From: the human T2T-CHM13v2.0 reference genome, Homo sapiens | Strand: one strand, 5' to 3' | NCBI RefSeq assembly: GCF_009914755.1 | Contig: NC_060926.1 | Length of the DNA: 64,000 bases | Shown here: one piece after another, positions 1-18,934 of the stretch | How the letters are laid out: each line of letters opens with the position of its first letter | Numbering within the stretch: the stretch's first letter is position 1 | Notes under the pieces: generated by a model | What the model saw: the letters and a program-made list of their open reading frames with translations, nothing else | Told to the model about the DNA's origin: nothing | Databases searched by the model: none | Program-made: the position numbers and the translations under genes

Positions 1-1075
1 CGTACTGGCGGGTCAGGTGGACAGGATTGCGTACGGGCGGGTCAGGTGGGCAGGCGTGCGTATGGGCGAGTCAGGTGGACAGGATTGCTTATGGGCGGGT
101 CAGGTGGACAGGCGTGCGTATGGGCGGGTCAGGTGGGCAGGCGTGCGTACGAGTGAGTCAGGTGGACAGGCGTGCGTATGGGCGGGTCAGGTGGGCAGGC
201 GTGCGTATGGGCGGGTCAGGTGGGCAGGCGTGCATATGGGTGGGTCAGGTGGACAGGATTGGGTATGGGTGAGTCAGGTGGACAGGCGTGCGTATGAGCG
301 GGTCAGGTGAGCAGGCATGCGTATGGGCGGGTCAGGTGGGCAGGCGTGCATATGGGTGGGTCAGGTGGACAGGTGTGCGTATGAGTGTGCGTATGGGCGA
401 GTCAGGTGGGCAGACGTGCATATGGGTGTGCATATGGGTGATTCAGGTGGACAGGCGTGCGTATGGGCGGCTCACGTGGACAGGCGTGCGTGTCAGCGTG
501 TCACGTGGACAGGCGTGTGTGTGGGCGGGTCAGGTGGGCAGGCGTGTGTATGGGCGGGTCAGGTGGGCAGGCGTGCGTATGGGCGGGTCAGGTGGGCAGG
601 CATGCCTATGGGTGTGCGTATGGGCGAGACAGGTGGGCAGGCGTGCCTATGGGTGAGTCAGGTGGGCAGGCGTGTGTATGGGTGTGCATATGGGCGAGTC
701 AGGTGGACAGGCATGCGTATGGGTGGGTCAGGTGGACAGACGTGCGTATGGGTGAGTCAGGTGGGCAGACGTGCGTATGGGTGGGTCAGGTGGGCAGGCG
801 TGCGTATGGGTGAGTCAGGTGGACAGGTGTGCGTATGGGTGAGTCAGGTGGACAGGCGTGCGTATGGCTGTGCGTTTGGGCGAGTCAGGTGGGCAGACGT
901 GCGTATGGGCAGTCAGGTGGACAGGCGTGTGTATGGGTGAGTCAGGTGGACCACTGTGTGTACGGGCGAGTCAGGTGGACCGGCGTGCATATGGGCAGGT
1001 CAGGTGGGTAGGCGTGTGTATGGATGTGCATATGGGCGGGTCAGGTGGACAGGTGTGTATATGGGTGTACATGTG
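1..1075. repeat. G-rich 29-bp minisatellite (consensus GGGCGGGTCAGGTGGGCAGGCGTGCGTAT), truncated by the window start; some units carry a 12-bp GGGTGTGCGTAT-like insert
   Basis: TCAGG recurs at 13, 42, 71... (29-bp period). The ORFs here are repetitive translations of the unit. Confidence 0.95.
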
Positions 1076-2498
1076 TGCACAGGTGCTACTTTACTCTGTG
1101 TTCAACACGTGTTCGTGGACGTGCTCCAGGCCCAAGGCGAAGGAATAGGATGTAGCAGGGGCAGGGTCTCCGCCCCATACTCAGAGTCCTTGGGCTCCGG
1201 GAAGACACAACCGATAAGTGGTTACGGGGATGCCTGGGAGCTACGGGCACACACAGACCCTCCTGGGCCCAGCATAAGGGCCAGGGAAGACTTCCTGGAG
1301 TCCAAGTGGAAGCTGCAGGGTGAGTAGGAGGAGGGAGGGTGGGTGTCAATGTTCTAGGAGTCAGGGGCGCACAGAGTCCAGAGCAGGCACTCCAAGCATG
1401 GGATGGCTACTCTGGGGATCGCTCGAGCCGCTTGAGCATAGAGCTTATGGAGATGAGGTGGGAGGAGTGAAACCAACTTTAAATTCCCACAGCTCTGCTG
1501 GGACTGCTGGGTCCGGCCATAAGACGGTGACAGATAGCAGACTTACCTTTCCCCCATAAACAACTAGAAAACTAGACAAATTATATGAAGCAACTGTTTT
1601 TAAGCATAGGTGCCATGGCAGGGCTGTGACCCTAGAGAAGGACACACATGAGGGAGTTCCAGCTTCACCCTGGCTCTCTGCCCGGAGGTGTTTGGGGCAT
1701 TTTCTGAACACAGCACAGGGAAGTAGAGCTCAGAGAGTGGTGATGGCATGGGCCGGAGCAGGCAGAGACTGGAGTTCAGGACCACCGAGGGGACTGGAAC
1801 TTGTGGGGTTCCAGAGAGGAGCGGGTTGAGCAGGGAAGGAGCTTCAGACGTTTGCAGAGGAGCTCTCTTGAGTCTTTGAGTGAATACTAAACTGCACGTG
1901 CACAGGATGAGACGGCAAAGTCTGGCAGAGGAGAGCTGCTGGGAGCTGGGAGCAGAAGGGGGTGCCAGAGGATGCACGGGCACAGAGACCTTGGAGTTCT
2001 GGGCAGCCAGAGTGAAGAGACCACACCGAATATGCCAGACATTCAGCCAAGACCTCAGAAAAACCACCCTTTTTTAAAAAAGTTAGATTTATTCAGGTAT
2101 CATTTACATACAGTGAAATTCTCCATTTTTAGGTGTACAACTCTATGACACATGCATACAGTCATGTAATCACCACCACAATCAAGATAGAAAACATTTC
2201 TACTGCCCAATGTTCTCTGTGCCCTTTGGTCATCCTTTCCTCCCTCCACTCCAGCCCCTGGTAACCACTGCCCTGATCTCTGTCCTTTTGAAAAGCACAT
2301 GCCTCAGGTGTACTACACTAACCCTGGGGTAACGGCTGCTCTAGACCTGTCCCAACGAGCCCACAAACAAGCCTTGAGGAGCAAAACATCTACCAATAAT
2401 TTAACTCATTGCCAAAACAAAATTCACTAATCTTTGAAAGAAAACAACAAAATTCAGATTCCCAACAATGTTGTATCATAATGTCCAGCATCCAATCA

Positions 2499-2958
<460 letters not shown>

Positions 2959-3226
2959 TTAACATTAAAAGGAGTCTTCAAAAGTAAAAGAGAACCACGG
3001 GTATAGGAGCCAGCCAGAACCCAAGTGCACATCTAGATGGCCAATAGGTGCACAGTGTGGGCAGGCCTGGAGTTAAACACTAGGACCCAAACATGTGCAC
3101 AGCCATATCACTAAGGGGTTCAGCTGGGTGAAGACACAGACATATGAGCACAGCACAGAGGGTAGATGCCACAAGAGAGGCACAAATGTCCCAGGCATCA
3201 AAGAGTGACAGATCACTTCTGCCTAG

Positions 3227-3544
<318 letters not shown>

Positions 3545-4991
3545 AGCAAATTTCTTTGCACTGGGCTTTTAAAGATGATTGAGAAACAAAATAATTTTAA
3601 AATCACCTCTAAAGTCATTTATTACCCAAATGTGATCGCTGTTGGTATTCTGGTAAATTCCTTCTCTCTGAATTATCTTATTTTTTCCCAAGTGGAGCTC
3701 CATCTCCTCAATTCTGTTTTGCATTTTTCAGTTAATGTTATTTCAAAAACCATTTTATGAAAATTCTTTGTAGCAGCTATTTTTAACAGCTGTGAAATAT
3801 TAACTGTCTGTGACATAATCCAATTAACTGATTCTCTGTTGTTGGGCATTTAGGTTATTTTCAAGTTCTAACTAATCCTGCAATAAGCATCTTGTTCTCC
3901 CTTGTTCTGGTTACTCTCTTAAGTTAGATTCCCAGAAATGGGATAATTGTTTCCGAAGATATTTGGGAACATCTGGGAAGTTCCTGATCTGTATTGCCAA
4001 ATGACTTTTCTAGAAGGTTGTACAAATTTACATTCCCGCTACACGTACTCTCTTATGTTGTAATACATGTTTACATGCCTTTTCCCCCACAAATTATGCC
4101 CTATCCACCTTCCTGTCCCCGGTGCCTGCACAGGCAGCTGCCCAGCAGCCTCCCTTGCATCACACATGCCCATACTTGCACCATACGTGACCGTACTTTC
4201 ACAGAGGAGAAGGAATATCCAGGGTCAGGGGGAACATCCCTGACAGACACTCCTGGAACCAAGACGTGGACAAGTGTGGATGGACACGTGGGTCTCTGAA
4301 CTCTTTCTAGAACACCTGGCATGGAGATGAGATGGCCATCAGAGACCTGTCAGTTCTGTTTTCTCGCTTGGCGGCAGGGAAGCTGAGATCTAGGTGGGGC
4401 AAGTGGGTTCCACACGGCACAGTTCGTCCATGTCAGTGCAGTGGCTGCTTCTCGGGGTACGGCCAAGCCGGGGTCTTGCAGCCTCAGCTCCCAGCAGGAC
4501 CCGCCCAGCCAGGGTCCTCAACCCTAGGCTGACATCTTGGCCTCACTGGCGTCACAGCTCAGCCCTCACCCTGCGACTCTGTGCACGTGGGGAGTGGGGA
4601 GATAAGAGCTGGAGGCAGACCTCCTAAGAGGAAGGAAAACGATGTGGACTTGGGGGAGGAAGGATCTGCCTTCCCTTTCTTCAGCGAGAGTTTCCTCTTC
4701 TCATAATACAGGGAGGACCTCAAGATGGCTGTCTCCCCCTTTAGAGATGCTGTGTCCCAGCAAAGGGGCACCTAGAACAGGAATTCTCAACCTCCCAGGA
4801 CAACGGGTGGCCGCTGAGAACCCGGGAGACCTGGGGCAAGCGTCTCGGGCTTTCCTCAGCTGCTCCACCTGGAAACCGGGACGGGCAGGACCGCCTCTCG
4901 AGGCTGCTGTGAGCGTCCAGTTAGACCACGTGGGTGGGCGAGGGGCTTGTGCCTTGCCCCAAGGGGGAGCTCAACACACACCTTTATATAG

Positions 4992-5369
<378 letters not shown>

Positions 5370-5643
5370 TGAATCCCCTGCTATTGATGATCTTCTGTAG
5401 TTCCCTCCCACACCAGATCTGGACAGGCCTTGAGACCCATTTGGCGGATAGAATGTGGGGGAGGCCTGGCAGCTTCCTGGTCTCTGGGAAGCTGCCACGC
5501 TGTGGAGAGCTCAGGCCATCCTACTGGAGGGAAAAGCCATGCACGCAGCTGCAAGAGTGACCTTCCTCAATACCACATGCAGCAGCAGAACCACCCCAGT
5601 GACACGCACACTCGTGAGGAGGAATCAATCACCGTCATCTTAA

Positions 5644-5957
<314 letters not shown>

Positions 5958-6002
5958 TAAGTTTTGAGGTGGGCTGTTACTTAGTAATGGATACCTGAAC
6001 CC

Positions 6003-6377
<375 letters not shown>

Positions 6378-7224
6378 TTAACAAGCAGCTCTCGCAGGGG
6401 ATTGAGGGGAGCTCATGTGAAGTGTTCGTCAACATCTGTGGTGTAAATATTCTCATCATGGCTGATTTCAAGCTACCAACATGACATGGCTGAACACGAG
6501 ATTGAGAAGAAATGTGCACCATCTGTCCAGGAGCGGGCGAGCTGGATCCAGCACACCTGGATTCTCCTCCCCTGACACGTGACAACCCTGCAGAGACTTG
6601 AGATCAGCCGCTCAGATTAGGTGATCAGAAGCATTTTGTCACGGAGACACGGAGTTCTGGGCCGGCTCTTATCTTCAGGGCATCTGGTAGGGTGGAAAGC
6701 ACTTCAAGTCATGCGCCAAGCCCACGTCCTATTCCCTGGGCCCATTCCCTTCCGTTGAAGTGCTGGAGGCAGAGCTCGCAGCTGAAGACCTACAGGCGGC
6801 TCTCCCTCGTGTCTGGGCATGAGCGGTCTGTGGAGGCAGCAGCCAGGCTGTGTCCAGGTAGCCCTGACGGCCACTGCACAAGAGCAGTGTCGGGTAGAGT
6901 CCGAGCACCCATCAGCTCAGCCCCAGGCTCCATCAGAGGCGGTGGAACGGGCCCTGAGGATGCCTCAGTCCTGGGCCTTAGTGGGAGGCCTTCCAGGTGA
7001 AGCCCTGGGGACCAGGTAGCCCTGCTCAGCAAGCAGCCCTGGACCCTACCTCAGCAGCCCCGGACCCCACCTCGGCCGCCGCAGGAAGCCAAGGGGATGA
7101 GGGACCAACTCGGGAAATGGTGGGTGAGGCTGGTGGCTCCTGGAAACGCCGGTCACCAGGGCGGCAGCACCGGTCCTCACCCCTCCCTGCCAGGACTTCA
7201 GCAGCTCTCAGCCCCTAAGCATGA

Positions 7225-7560
7225 TAGTTTCTTGGGTCAACCAAATAGTCATCTAGGGGTTACTGTGAAGGTGTTCTGTAAGTATGTCACATCTGCAGTC
7301 AGCTGACTGGAGTGAAAGGCCATTACTCTCAATCATGTGGCGGGGGTAGGGGTGGGAAGCCTTGTGCAACCAGTGAAATGCCTTGAGAGCAGAGCTGGGG
7401 TTTCCCTGAGGACAGAGAGATTTTACCTGTGGACTATAGCATCGCCTACTGCCCGAGAGGCCCAGGTGCCGCCTGCCCTATGGATTTCCACCTTGCTCAG
7501 CCAGCCCCCACCTTGTCTGAGCCAATTTTTCACAATAAATCTCTCCCTCCCTCCCTTCCT
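7225..7560 (+). mobile_element. Degenerate ERVL/MaLR-type LTR remnant (MLT2-like)
   Basis: Recalled resemblance to MLT consensus; ends in AATAAA followed by a TC-rich tract. Confidence 0.5.
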
Positions 7561-8959
7561 TTCTCTGTCTCATCCCCTCCATGTATATGTAATATCTCTT
7601 ATGTGTCTCATAGAGAGATTTATTGCAAGGAATTGGCTATACAACACACGTACATGCATATCCACGTGTAAACGTGCACACACACATACACACACACCAC
7701 ACACACCACACCCCTATCCTGCAGGTTCCTTTCTCTGCTGGGACCCTGCTTGCTTCACCAGGGGTGCTGAGCCCCTGTGTCACCAGTGGAGGTCTCAGCA
7801 GCACAAGTCCCCAGGCACAGCCCCTCAGCGCCCTGCCCTCAGCCGTGGCTCCAGGGGTGAAGTAGGACCTCAGGGTGTAAAGGCCAGTGCCACGGTTCTT
7901 ATGGGGTGTGCTGCGGGAACCCTTATCTTCACGATCATGTGAACTGTGCCCCCAGTCCTTTCTGTTTCCTTGAGGGAGGCCTTGGCTTCTGGAGCCCAGA
8001 GTCAGAAAGTGCCCGGACCTCCTGTGCAGGCTGCCCCTCCTGTGCAGGCTGCCCCACCTGGCTCTCCCTGGCTGTGGGTCCAGGACCTCCATCCTGAGTT
8101 GGGGCAGGGAGGCTTGAGACTTGGGGAGGAGAGGGGAGATGCTGGGAGCTGGAAGAGCGTGTGCCCCCAAAACCAGCTCCTGGGGCCTGTGGGCTGTGGC
8201 CCGGGAGGAAGGGCAGAAGGCTCGGGAAGGCTGGAGTGGTCCTGCAGCAGAGTTATGGGGACACCAACTGGCTGGTTTTGGGGCAGATAGATGGGACATA
8301 GGGGTGAAGTGGCAGCAAGGGGTACCTCTTTCCATCCTAACATCTCGGCGGATGCTGAGAGGGTGTGGCTTTGAATTTCAAGAGCCCTGATGGTGAGACC
8401 CCAGCAAAGGTCTCATTGGGATCGGGGTTCTAAGGCTTAGACACTCGGGCTTCTACAGACTTTGTGACCTTGGTTGCCTGGTCCCAGGGTCCCCCACCGT
8501 GAAAGGGAGGACTCTTCCAGGCCCGGCTCTGTCCCTGGGTATCGAGACACAGGGTCTGGGTGAGGACCTCAGAGCCAGGCACTCAGTGTAGTCACAGTGT
8601 GGGGCTGCTGCTGCTGTTGCTCTATTCTTAAACGTATATTTTATTGTAGTTCTGTTCCCAGGCTGCTGTTGGGCAGTGAACAAACGGCACTGGATTCAGA
8701 GTCGGACAAACCTGGGTTCAAGTCCAATCTGCCTCTCAAGCTGTGTAGCCTTTAGCAAGTCACTTCTTCCCCTTGGGCCTCAGTTTCCTCATTTGCCATC
8801 TCACCCTTCACAGCACTGATGTTTGGATTAATGCGATGAGGCAGGTGAAAGCACTGTAAATGCCACCCAGGCACGGAGCTTTCATGGGACAGTTGAAACG
8901 CAGGTGAAATGAAAGTCAGTGTCCTGTTGTCCTCCGACTTTACATTATTAAAGAGAATT

Positions 8960-9260
8960 GGGCTGGATGCAGTGGCTCACAGCTATAATCCTAGCACTTT
9001 GGGAGGCCGAGGTGGGCAGATCACTTGAGGTCAGGAGTTCGAGACCAGTCTGGCCAATGTGGTGAAACCCTGTCTCTACTACAAATAAAAAATTAGTCGG
9101 ACGTGATGGTGCATGGCTGTAATCTCAGCTATTCAGAGGCTGAGGCAGGAGAATCCCTTGAACCCGGGAGGCGGAGGTTGCAGTGAGCTGAGAATGAGCC
9201 ACTGCACTCTAGACTGGGTGACAGAGCGAGACTCCGTCTCGAAAAAAACAAAAAAAAAAA
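8960..9260 (+). mobile_element. Alu with TSD AAAGAGAATTGG
   Basis: Sense Alu, A tail, direct repeat. Confidence 0.92.
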
Positions 9261-9369
9261 GAGAATTGGTATGTGGGTGCACGCACGTGCGCTTGAGTGC
9301 ACGCATAAACATGACAGGGGTGTCATGGGAACACATATGGGCTGGCTTTGACGTTTGCCATTAAAAACA

Positions 9370-10960
<1,591 letters not shown>

Positions 10961-11076
10961 AAAGCTGGTTTTCTAAGCATGATAGCTGAAAGGATGGTGC
11001 CAGCCTCCACTCCCTTTCCCAGTGGGAACCATAGCCTTTCCCAAGATGTGCTTATGGTTTCCCAGGGGGGTGCTCC

Positions 11077-11930
<854 letters not shown>

Positions 11931-12609
11931 CCCCCATGAGCCCATGAGCCACCCTCATTGTCACCTACCTGATGCTGCCTTTGGGGAAGGCCACAGAGAA
12001 GCCTCCAAGCCCAATGAGGGAGTCCGCTGCGGATTTCAGACCTGGCCGTATCCAGGGGCTCAGGCGAGCCATTAGGTCACTGTCTCTGCTTCTCCCGTGG
12101 TTTTGGCTTCAATCTCTCCTGCTGCTGAGAGACTCTGGCCATGTCTGCTAGACCTACAGCCCTGGCAGGCCCAGGGACATCTTGCAGCCAGGGAAGGAAG
12201 AGGCTGTGACTCCTGCCAGCCCTAGCAGCAGTCCTGGGAGAGTCCCTGTGGGTCTGGCTATATCCCATGCCCACCCTTCAGCCACACTGTGTCCTGAGGA
12301 ATGCAGAATTAGGACTGACCCACTTGGGCCACTGGTGGGAGATAGGAGTGGTCAGAGCTCAGTCCCATTTTTCCCATGAGGCCTTTCAGCCCTCAGATGA
12401 ATTCGTGGATAGAAACAGATACGTGAGCGGAAGAGCTCCATGCAACTTCCCTGCAGCCTCCAAACCCCGAGGACCCGTGGGGAAGGGAGGAGAGCTCCAG
12501 ACGCTTCCCAGCCAAGAGAGCCAGCCTCGTGTGTGGGTCTGTGTATAACGTCTTCTCAGGTCTCTGTGGATATGAAGGGCTGTGTACACAAATACACGGG
12601 AGGAGGCCC

Positions 12610-13055
12610 CTGTCGTAGGCAGAATTCCAAGATAATCTCATGATCTTGGACCCTGTGTAAGCCCCTCCACTTGAGCATGGGTGGGACTTGTGCCTTGCTT
12701 CTAGCCAACAAGATATGCCACAGGGATGTCACTCGGTGGCCACACTGCTTAGCTGGAGCGCGTCTCCTGTGGCCTGGAAGAAGTGAGCTGAGGTTGCACT
12801 GCCCACGGAGAGGGCCATGTGGCAGACCTAGGGGTGGCCTCCAGCCCACAGCCACAGGGAAAGGACAGGTTCCTCCCAGGGGAGCTTCCAGATGAGAACA
12901 CAGGCAGCGAATGGATCCACAGCCGGCTATGAGGCTTCCAGCAGCAGGCTCTAGGCCAGGCCCAGGCTCCTGCCCCGCAGAAGCTGTGAGATCAGAAATG
13001 GGTGTTGTTTTAAGCCACAGAGTTTATGACTATTTGTTACACAGCACAGAAAACC
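12610..13055 (+). mobile_element. MaLR LTR remnant (MLT1-like)
   Basis: Begins TGTCGTAGGCAGAATTCCAAGAT and ends TGTTGTTTTAAGCCAC...TTTGTTACACAGCACAGAAAAC, typical MLT1 ends. Confidence 0.75.
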
Positions 13056-15034
13056 AGTGTACCTCCATTTTTCCTTGTGGAATAGCTGCCATAGGCCCAA
13101 ACTGGCCCCCAACCCCAGTGTGGTGCCTGCTCAGCCCCTCGCCATGGTCCACTTCAGAAGTAGTGTCCTACAATGCAAAGGGATTGCCTCGGTTCTCTAG
13201 CTAAAGCCCACGAGTGCCTCCTCTTGGTTCTCTGAATAAAATGCAAACTCTTTAGCAAGGCCATAGGAATGGGCCTTTGCCCTACTCGCTGTCTGTGTAG
13301 GGCTGGGGTGGGAGAGGTCAACTCCCCCCAGGCCCCTCATGCTCCAGGCCCTCCTGATCCATGCATTTTTCCTCTGGATCTCTGTTCCCTCCTCCCCTCC
13401 AACACACATGCAAACACACGCCTTCTCCCCTCCCTTTCCCCTCCCTCTTTAATGCTCAGCTCAAGTGTGGCCGGGAGGCAGGGTTCCGGCCCTAGGGGCT
13501 GGATGAGGTGTCCGTCTGCCTCAGGCTCCCCTCGCCATGCAGTTCCTCTGGCCTGGCCCCATTGCCTGGTCACATGACTGCCCACCCTCGGATGGTATAC
13601 TGGGGGTGGCAGCGAAACCTCAGCGTCTCCCAGGACCAGCTCGGCCCGGGGCCCTCAGTGAGGGTCTGTTGAAATCGTGAAAAGCGTAGGGGGTAGGGGT
13701 CATTTCACCCTTTCCTGTCCTCTGAATGAGGAGCGGGCGTGAAACATACGCAGGGCAGTCTTGGGAACAGATGCTCCCCAGCCCCCTGGTCTGGACCACC
13801 CGGGCACCTGGAACCCAGCTGCCATTTGCTGGAACCCAGGGAGGTGGGTTGACGCCCACGTGGGCTGTTTTATCTGTGCTTTCCACCCCCTTGCCAGCAT
13901 ACTGACAACACCCTGTCATTCCAGAGAGGGAACCAAGGCTGGGGCCTGCCCCCACACACACACTGGCTGCTGAGACAATCAGCCTGGGTGTGTCCCTCTG
14001 CAGGGGAAGTGGTGGCTCGGCCCACCCTGAGGGCCAGGGAGGGGTTTTCCCCAGGGCGGGAGCTTCTTGCTCCCTGGATACTAGACAAAGCCCTCAGTGA
14101 GCCCCCGTGAAACAAGGGGCGTCCGGCAGTCCCTTTCCACCTGTCTCCACCCAGAGGAAAATGCAGGGACTGAGACACCCTCATCCCCTCCCTTCCTGCC
14201 CCGCCGCTGGAGCTTTGTAAGCTGGAGCCAGGAAGCCGGAGTGTGGGGAACTTGAAAGGTCTGTAGCCCCTGCTGTGACACCGCTGAGCAGGAAACCGCG
14301 TGCGTCCACAAGCAGCCCCAAGGCCTTGTTGTAGGACAGTGGACAGTTTGCTCTCCCGGCTGAGGCTGCCCACCCCAGGGTTCCTGCAGTGCCTCACCTG
14401 CCCCCGGAGACGCCGGCCCCTGTCCCTGCCAAGCTTTCCAGGGTCCCCCCATGCTGGGGTGACAGAGGCAGTCCCCCAAGAATGAGGTACCCCAGCTGTC
14501 CCGTCCTCCTATAGGCATAAAACAACCCCCACCCCCGCCACACACACACACACAAGCTGTTTCTGCTTTTGGCCCAGTCAAGCCAAAAACTCCCCTGCTC
14601 TGGGTGGGGATTGTTGACTGACTGTAAGTGCCACGTTTGTGGAGCATAATCTCTAATTCTTGAAACAACTCAGCCTGGAGCATTTTATTATTATTATTCC
14701 CATTTTATCTTTTTTTTTCCATTTCTCCTAGCCTTGTAATTATTACTCCCATTTTATAGTTGAGGAAACTGAGGCTTCACAATGTTGCGTGGCTCCTGGA
14801 GAGCTCATAAAGCCAATGAGCTAGGGCTGCAAGTGTGGGCTGGGCAATGACTCCCAGGACGCAAAAAGCCAGGCACAGTGGAATAGGTTGCCACGGAATA
14901 CACTCGTGAACAGAAAACATTCCAAACCCAAACCAGAGAGAGTGCGTGTGCATGTGTGTGTACTTTACACACCCAAGAAAGCCCAGCCCTGATTGCCTGC
15001 CTTAGGAGGTAGGAGGATGCGAGAGACTGAGTGT

Positions 15035-15368
15035 CCATGTCCCCCTAGACGCATATGTTGAAACCTTCATCCCAGTGTTATGGTATTAGGAGGTGGGGCC
15101 TTTGGGAGGTAAATAGGTTGTGCCGGGGGAGCCCTCATGATGGAATCAGTGCCCTTACCAGAGGCCAGAGGGCTGGTGCCTCCCTGCTGTCACGTGAGGA
15201 CATGATGAGAAGGCAGCCATCTGCAAGCCGGAAGACGGCCCCTGCCTGAATCCGAACATGCTGGCTCCTGATCCTGGATTTCCAGCCTCCGGAACTGTGA
15301 GAAATCAATGTCAGTTGTTGAGAAGCACCCAGTTTATGGTGTTTTGAGACAGCTGACTGGACTAAGGC
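15035..15368 (+). mobile_element. MaLR LTR (MLT1A/MST-like)
   Basis: GGTATTAGGAGGTGGGGCCTTTGGGAGGT...GGATTTCCAGCCTCCGGAACTGTGAGAAAT motifs. Confidence 0.8.
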
Positions 15369-15657
15369 AGAACGAAAGAGGGGAAGACTCACTTGTTTCT
15401 TCACAGGATTAAACAGGTGAGCAGGTGGATGGAAAGAAGGGGGAGGAGGGAAAAGGGGGAAGGGGAGACGGACAGGTCAAAGGAGAGGAGAAAAATGGAC
15501 TTTCTTTTTACATAATTTTCTGTATTTCTGCTTTCTGTAATAAGGTTGAGCTGCTTTTGCAATAATAGTATTACAATTTATGTAAAGCACTACATAAAAA
15601 TATTAAACAAATCTTCCACTGTGCTCGTCACAAAAGCATTAGTTAAAGATCTAACTA

Positions 15658-16116
<459 letters not shown>

Positions 16117-16462
16117 TTAGCCCCACCCCCCACACTCAACCCCCTCTGTAAAATAGGCTGAGAATACCTACAAGTCTGTGTGAAAATTAAATGAGAGACT
16201 GGGTACGTGTGTATGCAACAGCGTCTGGCACACCGTGTTTGATAAATAGCGGCTAACATGATTAACTGTGTGTTCACATTATGTGAATATTCTTAATATT
16301 GCTCCTGGTCCTAATACTAAGAATGAGAAATTAGGAGCATTTTGTTAATCAAGCCCCAAGCTTTGTTAGCCTTCACAAGCAAATTGATCCTTTACACAGT
16401 TTTTTAAGCCCCAAATTTCCAAGTATTGTTTATCGTCTTGCTGCCCCTCCCTGCCAGCTCTT

Positions 16463-16748
16463 GTTTTTGGTTTTTTTTTGAGACGGAGTCTCGCTCTATC
16501 GCCCAGGGTGGAGTGCAGTGGCACGATATTGGCTCACTGAAGCCTCCACCTCCCAGGTTCAAGCGATTCTCGTGCCTCGGCTAGGATTATAGGTGCCCGC
16601 CACCATGCCAAGCTAATTTTTGTATTTTTAGTAGAGACGGGGTTTCACCATGTTGGCCAGGCTGGTCTCAAACTCCTGACCTCAAGTGATCTGCCTGCCT
16701 CGGCCTCCCAAAGTGCTGGGATTACAGCCGTGAGCCACCAAGCCCAGC
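16463..16748 (-). mobile_element. Alu
   Basis: Antisense Alu consensus with a small internal deletion. Confidence 0.9.
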
Positions 16749-18529
16749 TCCCCCACTCTTGTATTTTAATGAGCAGTTAGCAGGTGTTCCACCCGAGGGG
16801 GCCTCACCCAGGTGCCAGAGGGAGCACAAGGCCTAGGTTTGTGCAGGCACCGGCTGCAGACTGGCCACAGGGCTCTCCCATCCTAGGCCCCTCTGGGACA
16901 TGCTGGGCACCCCCCGAAGGTTAGCCTGCCATGAATGGCCCAGTGAGCTGGGTTTTGGAGTTCATTTTTAAGGAGCTGTTTATACTCGGTGAGACAGGAG
17001 CAGCCTGACATGCGCCCAGAACCTCCTGCCCTTGGCCCCACACCGCCCTCCCCACTCTCTCTGCCCTCTCCACACTGTGCTGGTCCCGCTGCCCACTCCT
17101 CAGAGACTCACCCCCGGCTGCCTTTTGGTGTCTGGCCAGGTGCATTAGAGGTCCACCCTTCAGGATGCACCCCTCTACCCACTACGCCATGTGCTGACCC
17201 CAAAATCCTGGGGTGCAGAGCCAGAGAGTGGTGAAGACACGCTGGCAGCCCAGATGTGTGCAGCCCCAGAGCTCTTCCCGTCCCCCCGCATGCGCGTGGA
17301 TAGCATGGCTGGGACAGATGCTGGCCTCCAGCCCCACGGTGTGAGGCTCTCTCAGAATACCTGGGTCCTGGGGAGGCCTCAGCCACCATTGCCTGTGGGA
17401 CTGGCCAAGCCGCTCAGCCTCTCTTAAGCCTGCACTCACCTACAGATAATGATCCCTGCCGGGTGATCATGAGGGGATGGCAAAAGAGAAAGTGCCTGGT
17501 AAATGTGTGTGTAAAAGACTGGTATAGCAGCCCAGTGTGTGCCAGGCTCCTAACCCAGGCAGCCTTAGACAGGGGAGGCCAGGCTCTGAGAGCAGATGAA
17601 ACTAGGGTTCAGAGATTCCACCTGGGAGCAGGGTCAAGCTGCCCTCTGGTGCCCCATGTTCGCTGCCGGGTCTGAGACACGCCACCTTCCCCCTCGAAAG
17701 CGCTTCCTCCCGCAGGGCAAATGCTTCCGCAGCCCCAGTGGTCATGCTACCCTGCAGCCACTGTAGCCCCTCAGGCCTCCTCCTTTTTACTTTTTTAAAA
17801 AATTGTATGATTTTTAAATTTTTTGTAGAGACAGGGTCTTGTTATATTGTCCAGACTACTCTTGAACTCCTGGGCTCAATTGATCCTTCAGCCTTGGCCT
17901 CCCAAAGTGCTGGGATTACAAGCGTTAAGTCACCACGCCCAGCCCAGGACTCCTCCTGAGCCAAGAGGCTGGGGCCTCCAGGTACCAGTAGGGCCGGAGG
18001 CCTCAGGAAGCCCCTGGTAAAGGAGCTCCCAGAGCAAACAAGGTGACCAGCGTGCAGCACACAGGCGGGGAGTGGGGCTGTGGGGTAGCCCCTGGGGAGG
18101 CTGCACAGAGGAGCTGTTTCCCGCTGCCCCTTCCCAATGCCAGAGCCCATCAGGGCCGACACTGCTGCTGCCTGTGGGCAGGACAAGGTGAGGGGCACTT
18201 CCTGAGGAAGAGGGGCTTAGAGGCCCTCTCCCCAAACCCTGGGCCAGCCTCTGGGGCTGCCATCTCACAGACCCTTGATGTGGGGGCATGGGCTTCAGCG
18301 TGACTCCCTGGCAGGTGCCACGTGCTCAATGAGCTGATCTAGGTGCTGAAAGGGAGATAGCAAGGCGGGCCTGAGCCCTAGCTTGAGGACTTCTGGGGCA
18401 TGGCTTGGGGCAGATAACACAGGCAACTTTGGCAAAAGTAAAGAGAGACTTCCTGGACATGGGGGCTGTTGCTCTGTACTAGAATGGGCTGCCAGGTGAT
18501 GTGTTCCAGTCGGGTGGCACTGATTCTCA

Positions 18530-18933
<404 letters not shown>

Positions 18934-18934
18934 A

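Noticed and set aside
17-1148. Repetitive ORFs (e.g. 317-940, 207 aa)
   Set aside because: Translations of the 29-bp minisatellite in several frames, with no gene structure. The array is not CRISPR-like because it has no unique spacers.
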